This document shows positions 1-9,479 of a stretch of DNA of 46,417 nucleotides, one piece after another. The position numbers and the translations under genes are program-made. The stretch lies in IMG/VR virus record IMGVR_UViG_3300030372_002865, positions 1 through 46,417 of that record; one strand, given 5' to 3'. This DNA is from a virus. Its lineage: Duplodnaviria; Caudoviricetes. Each line of letters opens with the position of its first letter. The first letter of the stretch is position 1. Below the pieces are notes generated by a model. The model was not told the origin of the DNA. It ran no database searches and saw only the letters and a list, made by a program, of their open reading frames with translations.

Positions 1-2217
1 GAGATATGCGTAATCGTCCGAAACATAATTAGTGCTTTTACCTATATTATCGTATACAGAGTCATCTGCCTTTATAATGGCGTCTTCATCAAGTTTTCTT
101 ACAATTTTTTTAAGCGTATTTGGTAGAATTTCGTCATAAAATTTTTGAAGTCCTTTATTACGTGTATTATTTTTAGCAAAATAATTCTGGCTAAAATCTC
201 CTGATGTCCCCGTAGGAAAAGAAACGTACTCATGTCCCTCATCAACAGCTCTTTTTAGTATTCTTCTTAAAGAGACCGCTAACCAGTTTCTATCATTATT
301 TTGATCCGTTACAAAGGGGGCCTTTGGAATATTTGATTCTAAAGATCTTAAGTTTTTTCTGAGTTCATTGTATATGTCTTGTGCTGAATTTTTAGGGTTT
401 GTAATAACATCTCTATTGTTACTATCTTTTTCTTTTCGTGTTTCTAGTTTTTTACCATCTTTATATATACTTCCTTTTCTTATCTGTTGGTTAAATTCAT
501 CCATTATCCGTGCAGATACAATCGTACGATCTAAATCATCGTATGAGGGAAAGGCAGTTTCTCTAGCCCAATCTGCAAAGGGCATTTTTCTTCCATCAAC
601 TTCTATTTCAAAAGTATTTAATTCTTTTTTTAGATTTCTGCTAAGAGTAACAACTTCTTCTTTAGCTTTAGCAAATTCCTCCCCAGATAGTCTAAAGCCT
701 TTTCGTCTACCTGCTTGTGCCCAATCTGATTGGAGTTCTTCTATAAAAAGAGCTTGTTCTCCATTTGAAAGTGGTAGGTCATTTGTTCGATAATGGGCAA
801 AAGCGTTTTCCGCATAATGCCCTCTATAGATAGGCAAAGGTTTATTTGATAGCCTACTTCCTCCCTCTGTCGGAAGAGTTAAAACAAATTCTCTATAATT
901 GTTGTTAGGCATAATCGTATATTCAGGGAATTCTACACTTTTACCAAGTTTAGATCCCCCCGCAAAATCTCTAAGCTGTATTTCCGCTTCATCAAAATCA
1001 AATATAAAATCATCGTTCAGAGCTTTTAGTCCCGGCATTGTTGCAATGCCTAGTTCAAAGAAGTCCTGCGGTGCGTCTATGTTTGCTCTCATAAAATCTA
1101 AATCTTCTTGCGGGTCCATATTAAGATGAGAAGCTATTCGTGGATTGTCTGAAAGAGCGTCTTGTTTATTTCGATATATACTATACCCAAAAGTGTCGCT
1201 TCCTTTGATGACCATACCACTTAGTGCATCTTCAAAAATTCCCACAGGATCTTGATAGTAGTTTCCCAGCATATTTCTTATTGCTAGATTGTAACTTTGT
1301 TCCTGCCTAACAGCGGGCTGCATGTCTGATTTTAACTTCGCCTGCTTTTCTAAATTACCTTTACCAAAATATTGGTCAAAACTAACCGTATTTGTTATGC
1401 GGCCATCTTCAACGGCTTTTTTAAAAGCATTGTCTATTCCTACATAATCTGTTCTGCCAAGTATAGGTTGACCAGTGTTTTTTTCTATTTCCCTAAAATT
1501 GCTAACTATTTCTCTATATGCGTTCCTGTCAGCAGTGCTTTTCTTTGCACTATTACTAAAGTCTGTGGCTATGGTATAGTCGAATGTTTTAGCTACTTCC
1601 TCAATTCTTGTGTCTTTTAAATTTTCGCGGGCTTTTTCTATAAGCTCTTCTTTGACTACTTTGTCATCTTTTAATAGAGAGCCCAAACCAGAATACTTTA
1701 GCTCCTCGTCTTTAACCCCCGCTTTCTTTAAAAGAGATAAAAATTCCTCTCCAGTGCCCGTATCTTTTTTAATGTTTTCCAAGCTTCTTAATGCTTTTGA
1801 ATAAAAACCTAACGGATCTATGTCAGAAACAACGGGTTTTGTTGGACTTACAATCTCACCCCTAGAAAGAGGCTCTCCCCCACCTGAACCACTATCGGGT
1901 GGGCTAAAGGCCCGTGTTCCCTCTTGTAAAGTTCGATAAGAAAGACCGGGAATAAGCATAGCAAGTCCCGAACCTGTAGTATCCAACGCATCCTGAAAAG
2001 TAGAACTATCCAACTGGCCCTCTTTAAGTTTTTCCCCTAGCTGACCTCCGTAAGTAAAATAATCCCTTACGTCCGCCGCGTCAGATAGTTCAGGCACAAG
2101 TCTCATTATTCCCGATGCCACATTGTAGCCATGAGGGCCTAAAAAATAACGAGCCTTTTCATCTATATACTCTTCAGCTTGTTGTTTTCCAGATCGTATG
2201 TCGTCTAATATGCCCAT
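1..2217 (-). CDS. Large polyvalent/virion-associated protein with possible GNAT-like domain (3' end runs off the window; absent from the ORF track)
   Basis: ATG at 2217 with AGGA upstream. The frame is open in the segments I translated and reaches position 1 (>=739 codons). Motifs GFYSKAL..GTGEEF..GVKDEEL, NYREFVLTLP, LFIEELQSDWAQAGRRKG and LRRILKRAVDEGHEYVSFPTG..GLQKFYDEILP resemble large phage polyvalent proteins. Confidence 0.75.
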   Translation of the reverse strand, partial: MGILDDIRSGKQQAEEYIDEKARYFLGPHGYNVASGIMRLVPELSDAADVRDYFTYGGQLGEKLKEGQLDSSTFQDALDTTGSGLAMLIPGLSYRTLQEGTRAFSPPDSGSGGGEPLSRGEIVSPTKPVVSDIDPLGFYSKALRSLENIKKDTGTGEEFLSLLKKAGVKDEELKYSGLGSLLKDDKVVKEELIEKARENLKDTRIEEVAKTFDYTIATDFSNSAKKSTADRNAYREIVSNFREIEKNTGQPILGRTDYVGIDNAFKKAVEDGRITNTVSFDQYFGKGNLEKQAKLKSDMQPAVRQEQSYNLAIRNMLGNYYQDPVGIFEDALSGMVIKGSDTFGYSIYRNKQDALSDNPRIASHLNMDPQEDLDFMRANIDAPQDFFELGIATMPGLKALNDDFIFDFDEAEIQLRDFAGGSKLGKSVEFPEYTIMPNNNYREFVLTLPTEGGSRLSNKPLPIYRGHYAENAFAHYRTNDLPLSNGEQALFIEELQSDWAQAGRRKGFRLSGEEFAKAKEEVVTLSRNLKKELNTFEIEVDGRKMPFADWARETAFPSYDDLDRTIVSARIMDEFNQQIRKGSIYKDGKKLETRKEKDSNNRDVITNPKNSAQDIYNELRKNLRSLESNIPKAPFVTDQNNDRNWLAVSLRRILKRAVDEGHEYVSFPTGTSGDFSQNYFAKNNTRNKGLQKFYDEILPNTLKKIVRKLDEDAIIKADDSVYDNIGKSTNYVSDDYAYL

Positions 2218-2230
2218 TAAAGTTTATCCT

Positions 2231-4396
2231 TTACGATAAAAACTGTTGAAATGAAGATATGCCCCGTGGACCGCGAAACATGTTTCTTGCTATGTGTTCC
2301 ATTCCCGCTATGCCGCCTTTTGCCATAGGCTCTGCCGTAAGCTTAGACCTAATAACGGGATCTGATTTAGCCCTATCTATCAACATAACATTACTAATAT
2401 TTCCTGCGTCTTCATAATCATTAATATACGGAATGTTTGTATGGCCCTCTTTTGCAAGTTTTTTTCTAAAATCCGCTATAATCTTTAAGATATCTTCTTT
2501 TGGAATTTCTCGTGCCTGATATAAATCGTTAAGATCTTCGCCTATGACTTTCTCTACAATATAGTTTTGTAAAGTCTCTTCTGTCCAAACATCCTGCTCC
2601 ATAGCCTTTTTTTGAAAATTAGCCCACCTTGGAATTCCAAGGTCAGTAGCAGCATATTCGTCAAGATCTGGAAATTTAAAACCCGCTGTTGAAGGTGTAA
2701 AAGGTTTTGAGGTATCTATAGAAAGGGGCAGGGAATGCCCTAAATTCTGGTTTTTTCCTATACCCGCGTCGAAACTTCCACTTTCAATTATATCCGCAAT
2801 CCGTGAAGACCCCCGTTGTCCTGCGGCTTCTTTTGTTCCAACATGCGTTCCTAAAAAATCAATCCAACTCTCAGAATATTCATTTGCCGCTTCTACCGTT
2901 TTATCTATGTCAAACCTTTCAAACGGCGTTCTGCTTTTTGTATAATGATATGCGTCCTCTCCAAAGTCTCCCTTAATAGCTTTGGCTAAATTAACACGCT
3001 GATACCCTATACCAGAGCCCTTGGGCCCCGTGCTGCGGACCTCGGTTATATTGTCAAGATCTCCAGCAGCTCCCATAATAACATCCTTATATTCCTTACC
3101 GCCTTGCAAAATAACCTCTTTATACCCAGATAAAGTATTCTTAATTGTATCTACCTGATCCTTGTTAGATAAGAATTCAGAAGCTCTGTCCGTATTCATT
3201 CTTCTATCGTAATCAAAAATTCTTTTATCTCCGCGTATAAGTCCGTGTTCCGCGGACAAAATAGCTACATCAAAGTCCTCTTCTTTTAAATTTTGCTTTT
3301 TAAGGGTCTGAAAAACAGGACCCATGTACAAGTCCATAGCCTTTTTGTCTCCGGGCAACGGACATTTACTACCGCTACAAGAAACCACAATTAAACGCTT
3401 ACCTTTTTTAGATTCGGGGGCAAATAAGCTATCTCCTCTTTTGACGATTTTAGAAGAATCTGAAACCATTCTATTAATAACGTCAAAGTTACCGCGCTCG
3501 GTGTTAATTGGCTCAAGCCGTAAAATATCCCCTATCTTTTTAAACTTTTCGTCATCCTTTAGCGCGGCCTTTACTTCTGGTTCTATATCGTCAAGAAAAC
3601 TAAAGGGTTTGTGTCGTCCTCTTTCCTCTAAAACTTTAACAATCTTTTCTTTAATACCCTTTTCTCGTAGTAAATCGCCTGTGCCAATACCGCTATGGGG
3701 TTCAAAATAAAGCATTTGATTTATTCTATCTAACTCTACGTCTGATAGTTTTCTTAAATCCTCTATAGACGAATTGGCTATAGCATCCTTTACTTCTTTA
3801 AGCTGTGCATAAAATTCGTCGCTTTGCTTGCTAAGGGTTCCGTAAGACTCAGGCATAGTTTTTGCGAATATATTTCTTTTAAATATTTCAACAGCCTGCT
3901 CACTAAGTTCACCCCCTTTTGATTCGAGACCCGTGGACGCTTTGATGTTGCCCTTCAATATATCCACACTAGACTTTATCGCCTTTTTGGGAAAAATATC
4001 TAATTGGTCAATAGCGCGGATAGCGGGTAATGACGCAATGCCTGCCAGAAGTTTTCTTCGGGTTGGATCTACACCTTGCTTGGCCCCTTTAATGAGCGGA
4101 TCGACAACGTCGTCCGTTGCACCCAAAGGACTAAGAAGTTCTGTAAAAGCTGCTTTCATTGGTTGCGCCGTGCGAGACAACCCATAAGATAAAGGTAAAG
4201 CTACTACTTCCCCCGTTTTAAGTAACGCATCCAAACCAGCGCCATAATCCACACCCGGTTTGTCGTCCGTAAGGCTTCCAAAGAATTTTCCACTACTGCC
4301 CTGTGCCTGTCTTATAATTTCAACAGGATTTAAATATTCGTTAAAAGCGCGTAACGAAGGTCTTAATGGAGGAGGGATGTAGTATTCTAAACCCAT
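2231..4396 (-). CDS. Polyvalent protein with a DUF6884/YaaA-like domain and an ART-PolyVal-like ADP-ribosyltransferase domain
   Basis: LIVVSCSGSK..AMDLYMGP.F..ILSAEHGLI..YDRRM..GGKEY..GIGYQ is DUF6884-like. YHYT..FERFD..GTHVG..LPLSI..KPF..EGHTNIPYINDYED..IRSK is ART-PolyVal-like. Confidence 0.7.
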   Translation of the reverse strand: MGLEYYIPPPLRPSLRAFNEYLNPVEIIRQAQGSSGKFFGSLTDDKPGVDYGAGLDALLKTGEVVALPLSYGLSRTAQPMKAAFTELLSPLGATDDVVDPLIKGAKQGVDPTRRKLLAGIASLPAIRAIDQLDIFPKKAIKSSVDILKGNIKASTGLESKGGELSEQAVEIFKRNIFAKTMPESYGTLSKQSDEFYAQLKEVKDAIANSSIEDLRKLSDVELDRINQMLYFEPHSGIGTGDLLREKGIKEKIVKVLEERGRHKPFSFLDDIEPEVKAALKDDEKFKKIGDILRLEPINTERGNFDVINRMVSDSSKIVKRGDSLFAPESKKGKRLIVVSCSGSKCPLPGDKKAMDLYMGPVFQTLKKQNLKEEDFDVAILSAEHGLIRGDKRIFDYDRRMNTDRASEFLSNKDQVDTIKNTLSGYKEVILQGGKEYKDVIMGAAGDLDNITEVRSTGPKGSGIGYQRVNLAKAIKGDFGEDAYHYTKSRTPFERFDIDKTVEAANEYSESWIDFLGTHVGTKEAAGQRGSSRIADIIESGSFDAGIGKNQNLGHSLPLSIDTSKPFTPSTAGFKFPDLDEYAATDLGIPRWANFQKKAMEQDVWTEETLQNYIVEKVIGEDLNDLYQAREIPKEDILKIIADFRKKLAKEGHTNIPYINDYEDAGNISNVMLIDRAKSDPVIRSKLTAEPMAKGGIAGMEHIARNMFRGPRGISSFQQFLS

Positions 4397-4399
4397 AAA

Positions 4400-4627
4400 T
4401 CAGTACATACCTTTATAGTACTCTATAGAGGTCCCAAAGCCACCTTTCTTCTTCACCACCCCACCTTTACCAAAGCGCTCTCCTGCTTTGTAGGAATTAA
4501 TCTCGTCGCTAACCATTCTATATTCATCGCTGTCTTTATCCAGACCACTTAATATTTCATACAAGTGTGAAAGCCTCGTGTAAGGCTTAATTTTTATCGT
4601 AGGATCTTTTCTTTTATTAGCCATCAT
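4400..4627 (-). CDS. Small basic hypothetical protein with FGKGG motif
   Basis: 75-aa ORF with a GGAGG RBS, packed between terL and the 721-aa gene. Confidence 0.7.
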   Translation of the reverse strand: MMANKRKDPTIKIKPYTRLSHLYEILSGLDKDSDEYRMVSDEINSYKAGERFGKGGVVKKKGGFGTSIEYYKGMY

Positions 4628-4636
4628 ATCCTCCTG

Positions 4637-6097
4637 TTAGTAATACGCTCGCATTCTAACAGAACTTTCGCCATCTTCCAAGTCATCTGTTGGCAACGTC
4701 ACAAAATTACCCTGACGATACCGCATTAACGCCTGTGTCATACTATCCACCAAGTCGTCATACTCGCCATTTGGAAACGCCGCTACCTCCTCTATCAACT
4801 CGTCCGCAAACGTCTCGTCAGGGGCCCAAACCATTCCCGCCTCAAACAATGGCGACACCGAATGCACCCTCGTCACCTTATCGTTCCCCTTACTTGGCGT
4901 GAAGTTCACAACAGGTATTCCCATATTACGGAGTTCGTGGGTCAGTGGCATACCGCTCGCCTTCGCCTCAACGATGACGGTATCGGGGTCCCAGTACTTA
5001 TACTGATCCAACGCCACCTCTTTGAGTTCGGGAAAGTCCCACCGACCCTTTTGACTGTCTAACAAAATTAAACCGGGAGTTCCAGACTCTTCTGGATAAA
5101 AAACACCCCAAGTCGTAATCGCACTAAAGTCGCTCGTCTCACGTTTACTAAACGCCGTATCATAACTCTGAATTACATACTGCAAATTAGGAACCACCTT
5201 ACGCTCCCACTTCTTCCACCACTCCCTACGAATAATCGCATTCTCATCGCCCGTAGGATTTTGCTGATACTGCGCATTCCATTTGCTCGGAGGTATAGAT
5301 GCGCGGACCGCGGACAGATCATCGTAAGACCAGTACTCAGGCCAACAGGGTTTGTCGTCCTCAAACAAAGCAGGAAGTTCCACAATTTCCCATTGATCGG
5401 CTAACGGATCTTTAGCCATAGAACGGAGTAACTGACCAGTCATATCCTTCTCGGACCACCGCGTCTGGACCAAAACAATACTACCTCCCGGCTGGAGCCT
5501 CTGTCGGGGGCCCCCTGTGTACCATTCCCATGCATCATCAAAACCATTCAAGGACATCGCCGTCTGCTCCGAATGCGGGTCATCAATAATCACCAAGTCA
5601 CCACCACGGCCCGCTAAGTTCGATCCCACACCAACAGCATAATACATCCCACCATTGCTCGTGTCCCACCTGCCCGACGCTTTACTGTCCGCAGCTAACT
5701 TTACGTTTGGAAACACCTCCTTGTAATCATCACTATCAATCAGGTTCTTCGTTTTACGGCCAAAATTTACCGCAAGTTCCGTCGTGTGTGTTGCCTGAAT
5801 GATCTTCATTCGAGGGTTCCTTCCCATCATCCACGCGGGAAACAAAAAGCTTGCAAATTCACTCTTCGTGTGCCTCGGCGGCATGTTAATAATCAGCCTT
5901 TTTAGATCACCGTTAGCGACCCGCTCTAGTTTCTGGGATATTATTTTATGATGTTTACCCGTTATGAACTCAGGCCACATTGCTTTTACGAACGGTAAAA
6001 AATGATTTTGACAGGCTTCGTTTCTCTGTAATTGAGCTAATCTTAGTTCTAATTTTAGTTTCTGCGCTTCTTGCGACGAAGTAAAGTCAACATCCAT
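4637..6097 (-). CDS. terL: Terminase large subunit
   Basis: Walker A LIINMPPRHTKSE, Walker B VIIDDP, coupling motif VQTRW, nuclease acidic motifs QSYDTA and YDDLVDS. Confidence 0.96.
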   Translation of the reverse strand: MDVDFTSSQEAQKLKLELRLAQLQRNEACQNHFLPFVKAMWPEFITGKHHKIISQKLERVANGDLKRLIINMPPRHTKSEFASFLFPAWMMGRNPRMKIIQATHTTELAVNFGRKTKNLIDSDDYKEVFPNVKLAADSKASGRWDTSNGGMYYAVGVGSNLAGRGGDLVIIDDPHSEQTAMSLNGFDDAWEWYTGGPRQRLQPGGSIVLVQTRWSEKDMTGQLLRSMAKDPLADQWEIVELPALFEDDKPCWPEYWSYDDLSAVRASIPPSKWNAQYQQNPTGDENAIIRREWWKKWERKVVPNLQYVIQSYDTAFSKRETSDFSAITTWGVFYPEESGTPGLILLDSQKGRWDFPELKEVALDQYKYWDPDTVIVEAKASGMPLTHELRNMGIPVVNFTPSKGNDKVTRVHSVSPLFEAGMVWAPDETFADELIEEVAAFPNGEYDDLVDSMTQALMRYRQGNFVTLPTDDLEDGESSVRMRAYY

Positions 6098-6299
6098 CAG
6101 GGGCCCCTATAAGAGTATATGTGACCTTTATAGCCTATATGTTTTTTTATGTAAATATTTGCGTGGAACTGAGCTCTTGCAAGCGCAGCCAGAGATATAT
6201 GGGCCTCGCGCCTAGGCGCTTAAATTTTGGATTCTGGGGCTGGTAAATTGACACGATAGCAGCGGGCCCCGCGCCTATTTTCGCGAACCTAGGGCCAAG

Positions 6300-6530
6300 G
6301 ATTCGGAGCTGCTGCTGGAGCTGCTACCAGTTAGCATGACTCGCGCAGCTGCTTCCAGAATTCGCGGTCCAGCTGGCGCAGCTGCTGGAGCTCATACGAT
6401 TCAACGTGGACCATGGGGCGTGGTTCAGCAGCATTAACTGTGAAATTAAAAATACCGGGCATTTATAAAAAGAATAAAAAAAGGCCCTGTAACAGGGCCA
6501 ATTTTAGTGCAGCTGGAGCAGCTGCTAAAC
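6300..6530. repeat. Non-coding cluster of AGCTG/GCTGCTGGAGC motifs
   Basis: AGCTG occurs at 6307, 6319, 6347, 6371, 6380, 6511 and 6520 in the gap upstream of terL. Confidence 0.6.
6476..6500 (-). terminator. Intrinsic terminator
   Basis: GGCCCTG-TTA-CAGGGCC hairpin followed by a T-tract on the minus strand, just after ORF 6525..6743. Confidence 0.75.
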
Positions 6531-6743
6531 TTCTCGTGGGTATTCTTCCACGAGTCCAATGTATTTATCTACAAATTTTATGGCAGCAGCTTTGTTTTTA
6601 TATCCCTTATTAATTAAAGTTCTTTCCCTAACATATCCTCCGCCATCTTTAAAAAATCCAATTAGCTGGCATGAATACATAATTTTTTCATTAAGTAAAA
6701 AAGTGGATACTCTCATTTCTTCAGATATTTTATATTGTGACAT
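6525..6743 (-). CDS. Hypothetical early protein
   Basis: 72-aa ORF with GGGAAAATAAAAA leader, followed by a terminator. Confidence 0.7.
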   Translation of the reverse strand: MSQYKISEEMRVSTFLLNEKIMYSCQLIGFFKDGGGYVRERTLINKGYKNKAAAIKFVDKYIGLVEEYPREV

Positions 6744-7503
6744 TTTTTATTTTCCCATAACTATTTTCATTTTCATTTTTATCGATGAGTCCAATATCTC
6801 CAGCCACATGGTGGCGTAATATTGACCTAGGCGGAAGGCCAGCAGCAAACCGCGTAATATGTTCCGCGTCGGATTCTTCCGTCGCAGCATTTGAATCGCG
6901 TCGCGATAAATCGGCCCAGTGTTTTGACACTGGGAAATTGCCAGCATAGCAGCCACCAGCAGCAGCGGACTCGGCAAGCTTTTTCTTGCTGCCATGCATC
7001 GTAAAGCCAATTACGTAACCGCGGTTCAATCTGCTGCAAAGCGGTCCATCGATTCCGCCACAATTAGCGCAGCTAATATCTTCTAAATATTCTGCTGGAC
7101 ACCTCACGACGCGAATCCCGTCAACAGTTTTATTTTTATTGCTGCTGCTCCAAAAAGACTCGCTTACCATGTGGACCGCATCCGCTCCAGCAGCTGTAGC
7201 AGCTCTAGCAGCTGCCCACGAATCCGCGCTGTAATTAATAAGCGTTTTACCAGCTCGCAATAATTTAGAATAAAATTTGTAATGAAAATGGGAAAAGGTA
7301 AAAGCATAACCGCCCTTTGGAACGGCGTTAATTAATGCATTTAAATATTCCGTATCAATCTTTTTCGTTCCTGTTTTACAGGCTGGCATTAGAGCGCAGC
7401 TGCTAGGGCAAGTTCCGTATTCATTACCGAATCCAGCTCTATAAGTAACCGCGATACCAGCGGTTTTTTTGGCAGTAGAAAGTTTTGTACAATTCAAAAC
7501 CAT
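6730..7503 (-). CDS. Cys-rich phage protein (DUF7227/gp88-like, possibly a degenerate radical-SAM-like Fe-S protein)
   Basis: Motifs KKTAGIAVT..TCPSSC, FTFSH, CPA..CANC..LC..IGF.MHG and GCYA..HW..LP..RHHVAGD. Has its own promoter and an ACGGAG RBS. Confidence 0.65.
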   Translation of the reverse strand: MVLNCTKLSTAKKTAGIAVTYRAGFGNEYGTCPSSCALMPACKTGTKKIDTEYLNALINAVPKGGYAFTFSHFHYKFYSKLLRAGKTLINYSADSWAAARAATAAGADAVHMVSESFWSSSNKNKTVDGIRVVRCPAEYLEDISCANCGGIDGPLCSRLNRGYVIGFTMHGSKKKLAESAAAGGCYAGNFPVSKHWADLSRRDSNAATEESDAEHITRFAAGLPPRSILRHHVAGDIGLIDKNENENSYGKIKNVTI

Positions 7504-7539
7504 TTTTAAAGCTCCGTAGTTAAATTAAAAATATAACTA

Positions 7540-7569
7540 GTTTTACCATTTTTTAAACGATTTTGTAAA
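7540..7569 (-). promoter_or_regulatory. Sigma70-type promoter
   Basis: TTTACA-N18-TAAAAC, preceded by ATAAAGTTA as in the promoters at 9468 and 10549. Confidence 0.6.
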
Positions 7570-7644
7570 TAACTTTATAAAATAGACTCTTAAATTTTAG
7601 CGCTAAGGGCTAGTAAATCAATTTTAGGTATTAGGGACAAGGGC

Positions 7645-7670
7645 AAAAAAAAGGCCCTGTGTAGGGCCTT
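7645..7670 (-). terminator. Intrinsic terminator
   Basis: AAGGCCCT-ACAC-AGGGCCTT plus T-tract. Near-copy of the terminator at 6476. Confidence 0.75.
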
Positions 7671-7725
7671 AATTTTTATTTAGTTTTTTATTCCGCAGCA
7701 CGATTCCGATGCGCAGCAATAAAAC

Positions 7726-7878
7726 TTAACCGCCAATAAATAATAATATTAGGGCGTCAAATGGGAATGGAAAAACAAACGCCAGCCCTAGAAACAGAAT
7801 TAAAAATGCTGCTGCTGCAATCTTTTCGCATAGGTCAAGTATAGGCTGCTTGAATTGTTTTAAGATTAAAAACACCAT
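7726..7878 (-). CDS. Small membrane protein, 50 aa (not in ORF track)
   Basis: MVFLILKQFKQPILDLCEKIAAAAFLILFLGLAFVFPFPFDALILLFIGG. TAATG coupling to the upstream ORF and a long hydrophobic segment. Confidence 0.6.
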   Translation of the reverse strand: MVFLILKQFKQPILDLCEKIAAAAFLILFLGLAFVFPFPFDALILLFIGG

Positions 7879-8135
7879 TACTTTAAATATATAACGCCAG
7901 CTGGCGGAGCTATTGCAGCAATGTTGAATTTATCTAATAAATCTTTTTCCAATGCATTCGGTTCTAAAGATTCTATTTCTATATCAATACCTTTTAACCC
8001 ATTAGGTAAGGCTGCAATAACTTCGGTTAATTGCCTATAGAGCATTACCGCATGATTAACATTAGACACTCTAACTTCAATCATAAATTGACCAAGTAAA
8101 TCAGCTAATTTTTCTTTTACAAAATATTCATTCAT
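7878..8135 (-). CDS. Hypothetical early protein
   Basis: 85-aa ORF with AGGAAAATAAAA leader and its own promoter. Confidence 0.75.
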   Translation of the reverse strand: MNEYFVKEKLADLLGQFMIEVRVSNVNHAVMLYRQLTEVIAALPNGLKGIDIEIESLEPNALEKDLLDKFNIAAIAPPAGVIYLK

Positions 8136-8156
8136 TTTTATTTTCCTATATTAATT

Positions 8157-8216
8157 AAAAAAAAGGCAGACCCGAAAGTCTGCCTAAAATTTAGAATATA
8201 TAAAAAGTAATGTAAA
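8157..8216 (-). promoter_or_regulatory. Promoter overlapping a terminator hairpin
   Basis: TTTACA-N17-TAAATT (8216-8188) immediately followed by AGGCAGAC-TTTCGG-GTCTGCCT and a T-tract. Confidence 0.65.
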
Positions 8217-8227
8217 GTTATATATCT

Positions 8228-9385
8228 TTACGCAGCTGCAACACGACTCCAGTCGGAAGGGCTAAGGTTTAAAACTTGACCGCCTTTGCGCTGCCATTCG
8301 CTCCTATCATCGTCGTTGATTTCATCAAAATTTGAAACCGCAGTTACTGCATTCATCAGGGTTGCGCGACTAACAGGCTGGCCCACAAATCCGCGCTGCT
8401 GAAGGGTAGACATAAGACCTTCTAAAACATTTTTAGATTCAGCTTTTGTGAATTGCATTACCTTTGACAAATTATCTACCGCGGTGGTTGTGTCACATTT
8501 CACAGTATCTGTACCAGCTGCTCTAACCTTCTCTAGAACTTCGTCAAATTTTTCACGATTACTAAAATGCTTTACGTGAGATTCAATAGCTAGTTCTAAA
8601 GCTTTATTATCTGCTGCCTTAGCGTCTTCGGAAAGAATACTCCAGCTTTCAGTTTCTCTAGCAGAAGTAATATGCGCTTTACGAATTTTGTTTTCAGTCT
8701 CCATGCCATTTAGACATGCTAATGTCCAATACATTTGATAAACGCTAACAGATCCATGCCCAGTCTCTGAGTTTTGAACACCAAGTCCGTTTGCCATAAT
8801 GTCTCCGACGTTGGCGCCTTCTCCTGTATGATTACGCGCTTTGAAACGTGCATACAATTTTCGCTCAGTTATGTGATAATTAACCAGCTCAAACCCAGCC
8901 TCCGCGTCGAGAATAGGAAGAACAGAAGATGCCAATAGATGAGCATGGTCAAAAGTTTTATATCTATCGCTTAAAAGAGCTCTGCCTGTTAAATGATCTT
9001 CCCCAGCGTAACTGCCAGCATCATAGGTCCTGAGCAATTTAGGTTTATTTTCTTTTTGATGAACCGCATTAATCAAATTATCAAATTCGGTAGGATAGTT
9101 CTGCTGCAATCGTTTAGCCGTTCTGGAGTCTATTCCAGCGTTATCTGCAAATTGATTAAACGAAACATCGTTAAGTGAAACGAGCTGCGTATTATCCCCA
9201 TGAGTTGCCTCTCGGACTACTCTTGAGGTCCGCTCCTCTCCGTCCGATCTCGGTTCAATAGTCTCAAACTTGAGCTCACTCATAGGCGTTGGAATATCTA
9301 CCATTTTTCCTCGCCTCGTCTCTATTTCTGATATTAAATTATTAAGTCTAGATCGTGGGTCATTTGAATTATTAAAATCTAACAT
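8228..9385 (-). CDS. DUF932/DUF945-family protein
   Basis: RALLSDRY, NSETGHGSVSV and LACLNGM (CxNG motif). Confidence 0.8.
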   Translation of the reverse strand: MLDFNNSNDPRSRLNNLISEIETRRGKMVDIPTPMSELKFETIEPRSDGEERTSRVVREATHGDNTQLVSLNDVSFNQFADNAGIDSRTAKRLQQNYPTEFDNLINAVHQKENKPKLLRTYDAGSYAGEDHLTGRALLSDRYKTFDHAHLLASSVLPILDAEAGFELVNYHITERKLYARFKARNHTGEGANVGDIMANGLGVQNSETGHGSVSVYQMYWTLACLNGMETENKIRKAHITSARETESWSILSEDAKAADNKALELAIESHVKHFSNREKFDEVLEKVRAAGTDTVKCDTTTAVDNLSKVMQFTKAESKNVLEGLMSTLQQRGFVGQPVSRATLMNAVTAVSNFDEINDDDRSEWQRKGGQVLNLSPSDWSRVAAA

Positions 9386-9411
9386 ATTTATTTTCCTTAT
9401 TTAAATGTTAA

Positions 9412-9477
9412 AAAGGCCAGCAAAATTGCTGACCCTTACGTTTTAAACTAATTATCTTATATTGTAAATAACTTTAT
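9412..9477 (-). promoter_or_regulatory. Duplicated promoter-hairpin cassette, copy 1
   Basis: TTTACA-N17-TAAAAC then GGTCAGCA/TGCTGGCC hairpin and T5. Near-identical to 10494-10558. Confidence 0.75.
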
Positions 9478-9479
9478 GT

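Noticed and set aside
368-1804. Plus-strand ORFs in the track (368, 899, 1372, 1610)
   Set aside because: They are antisense shadows of the long minus-strand gene 1..2217.
4020-4070. Twin-arginine-like motif TRRKLL in the 721-aa protein
   Set aside because: It lies about 110 residues from the N-terminus, so it is not a canonical Tat signal.
6300-6400. GCTGCTGG as a Chi site
   Set aside because: One mismatch from E. coli Chi, found in both orientations nearby, and the host Chi sequence is unknown.
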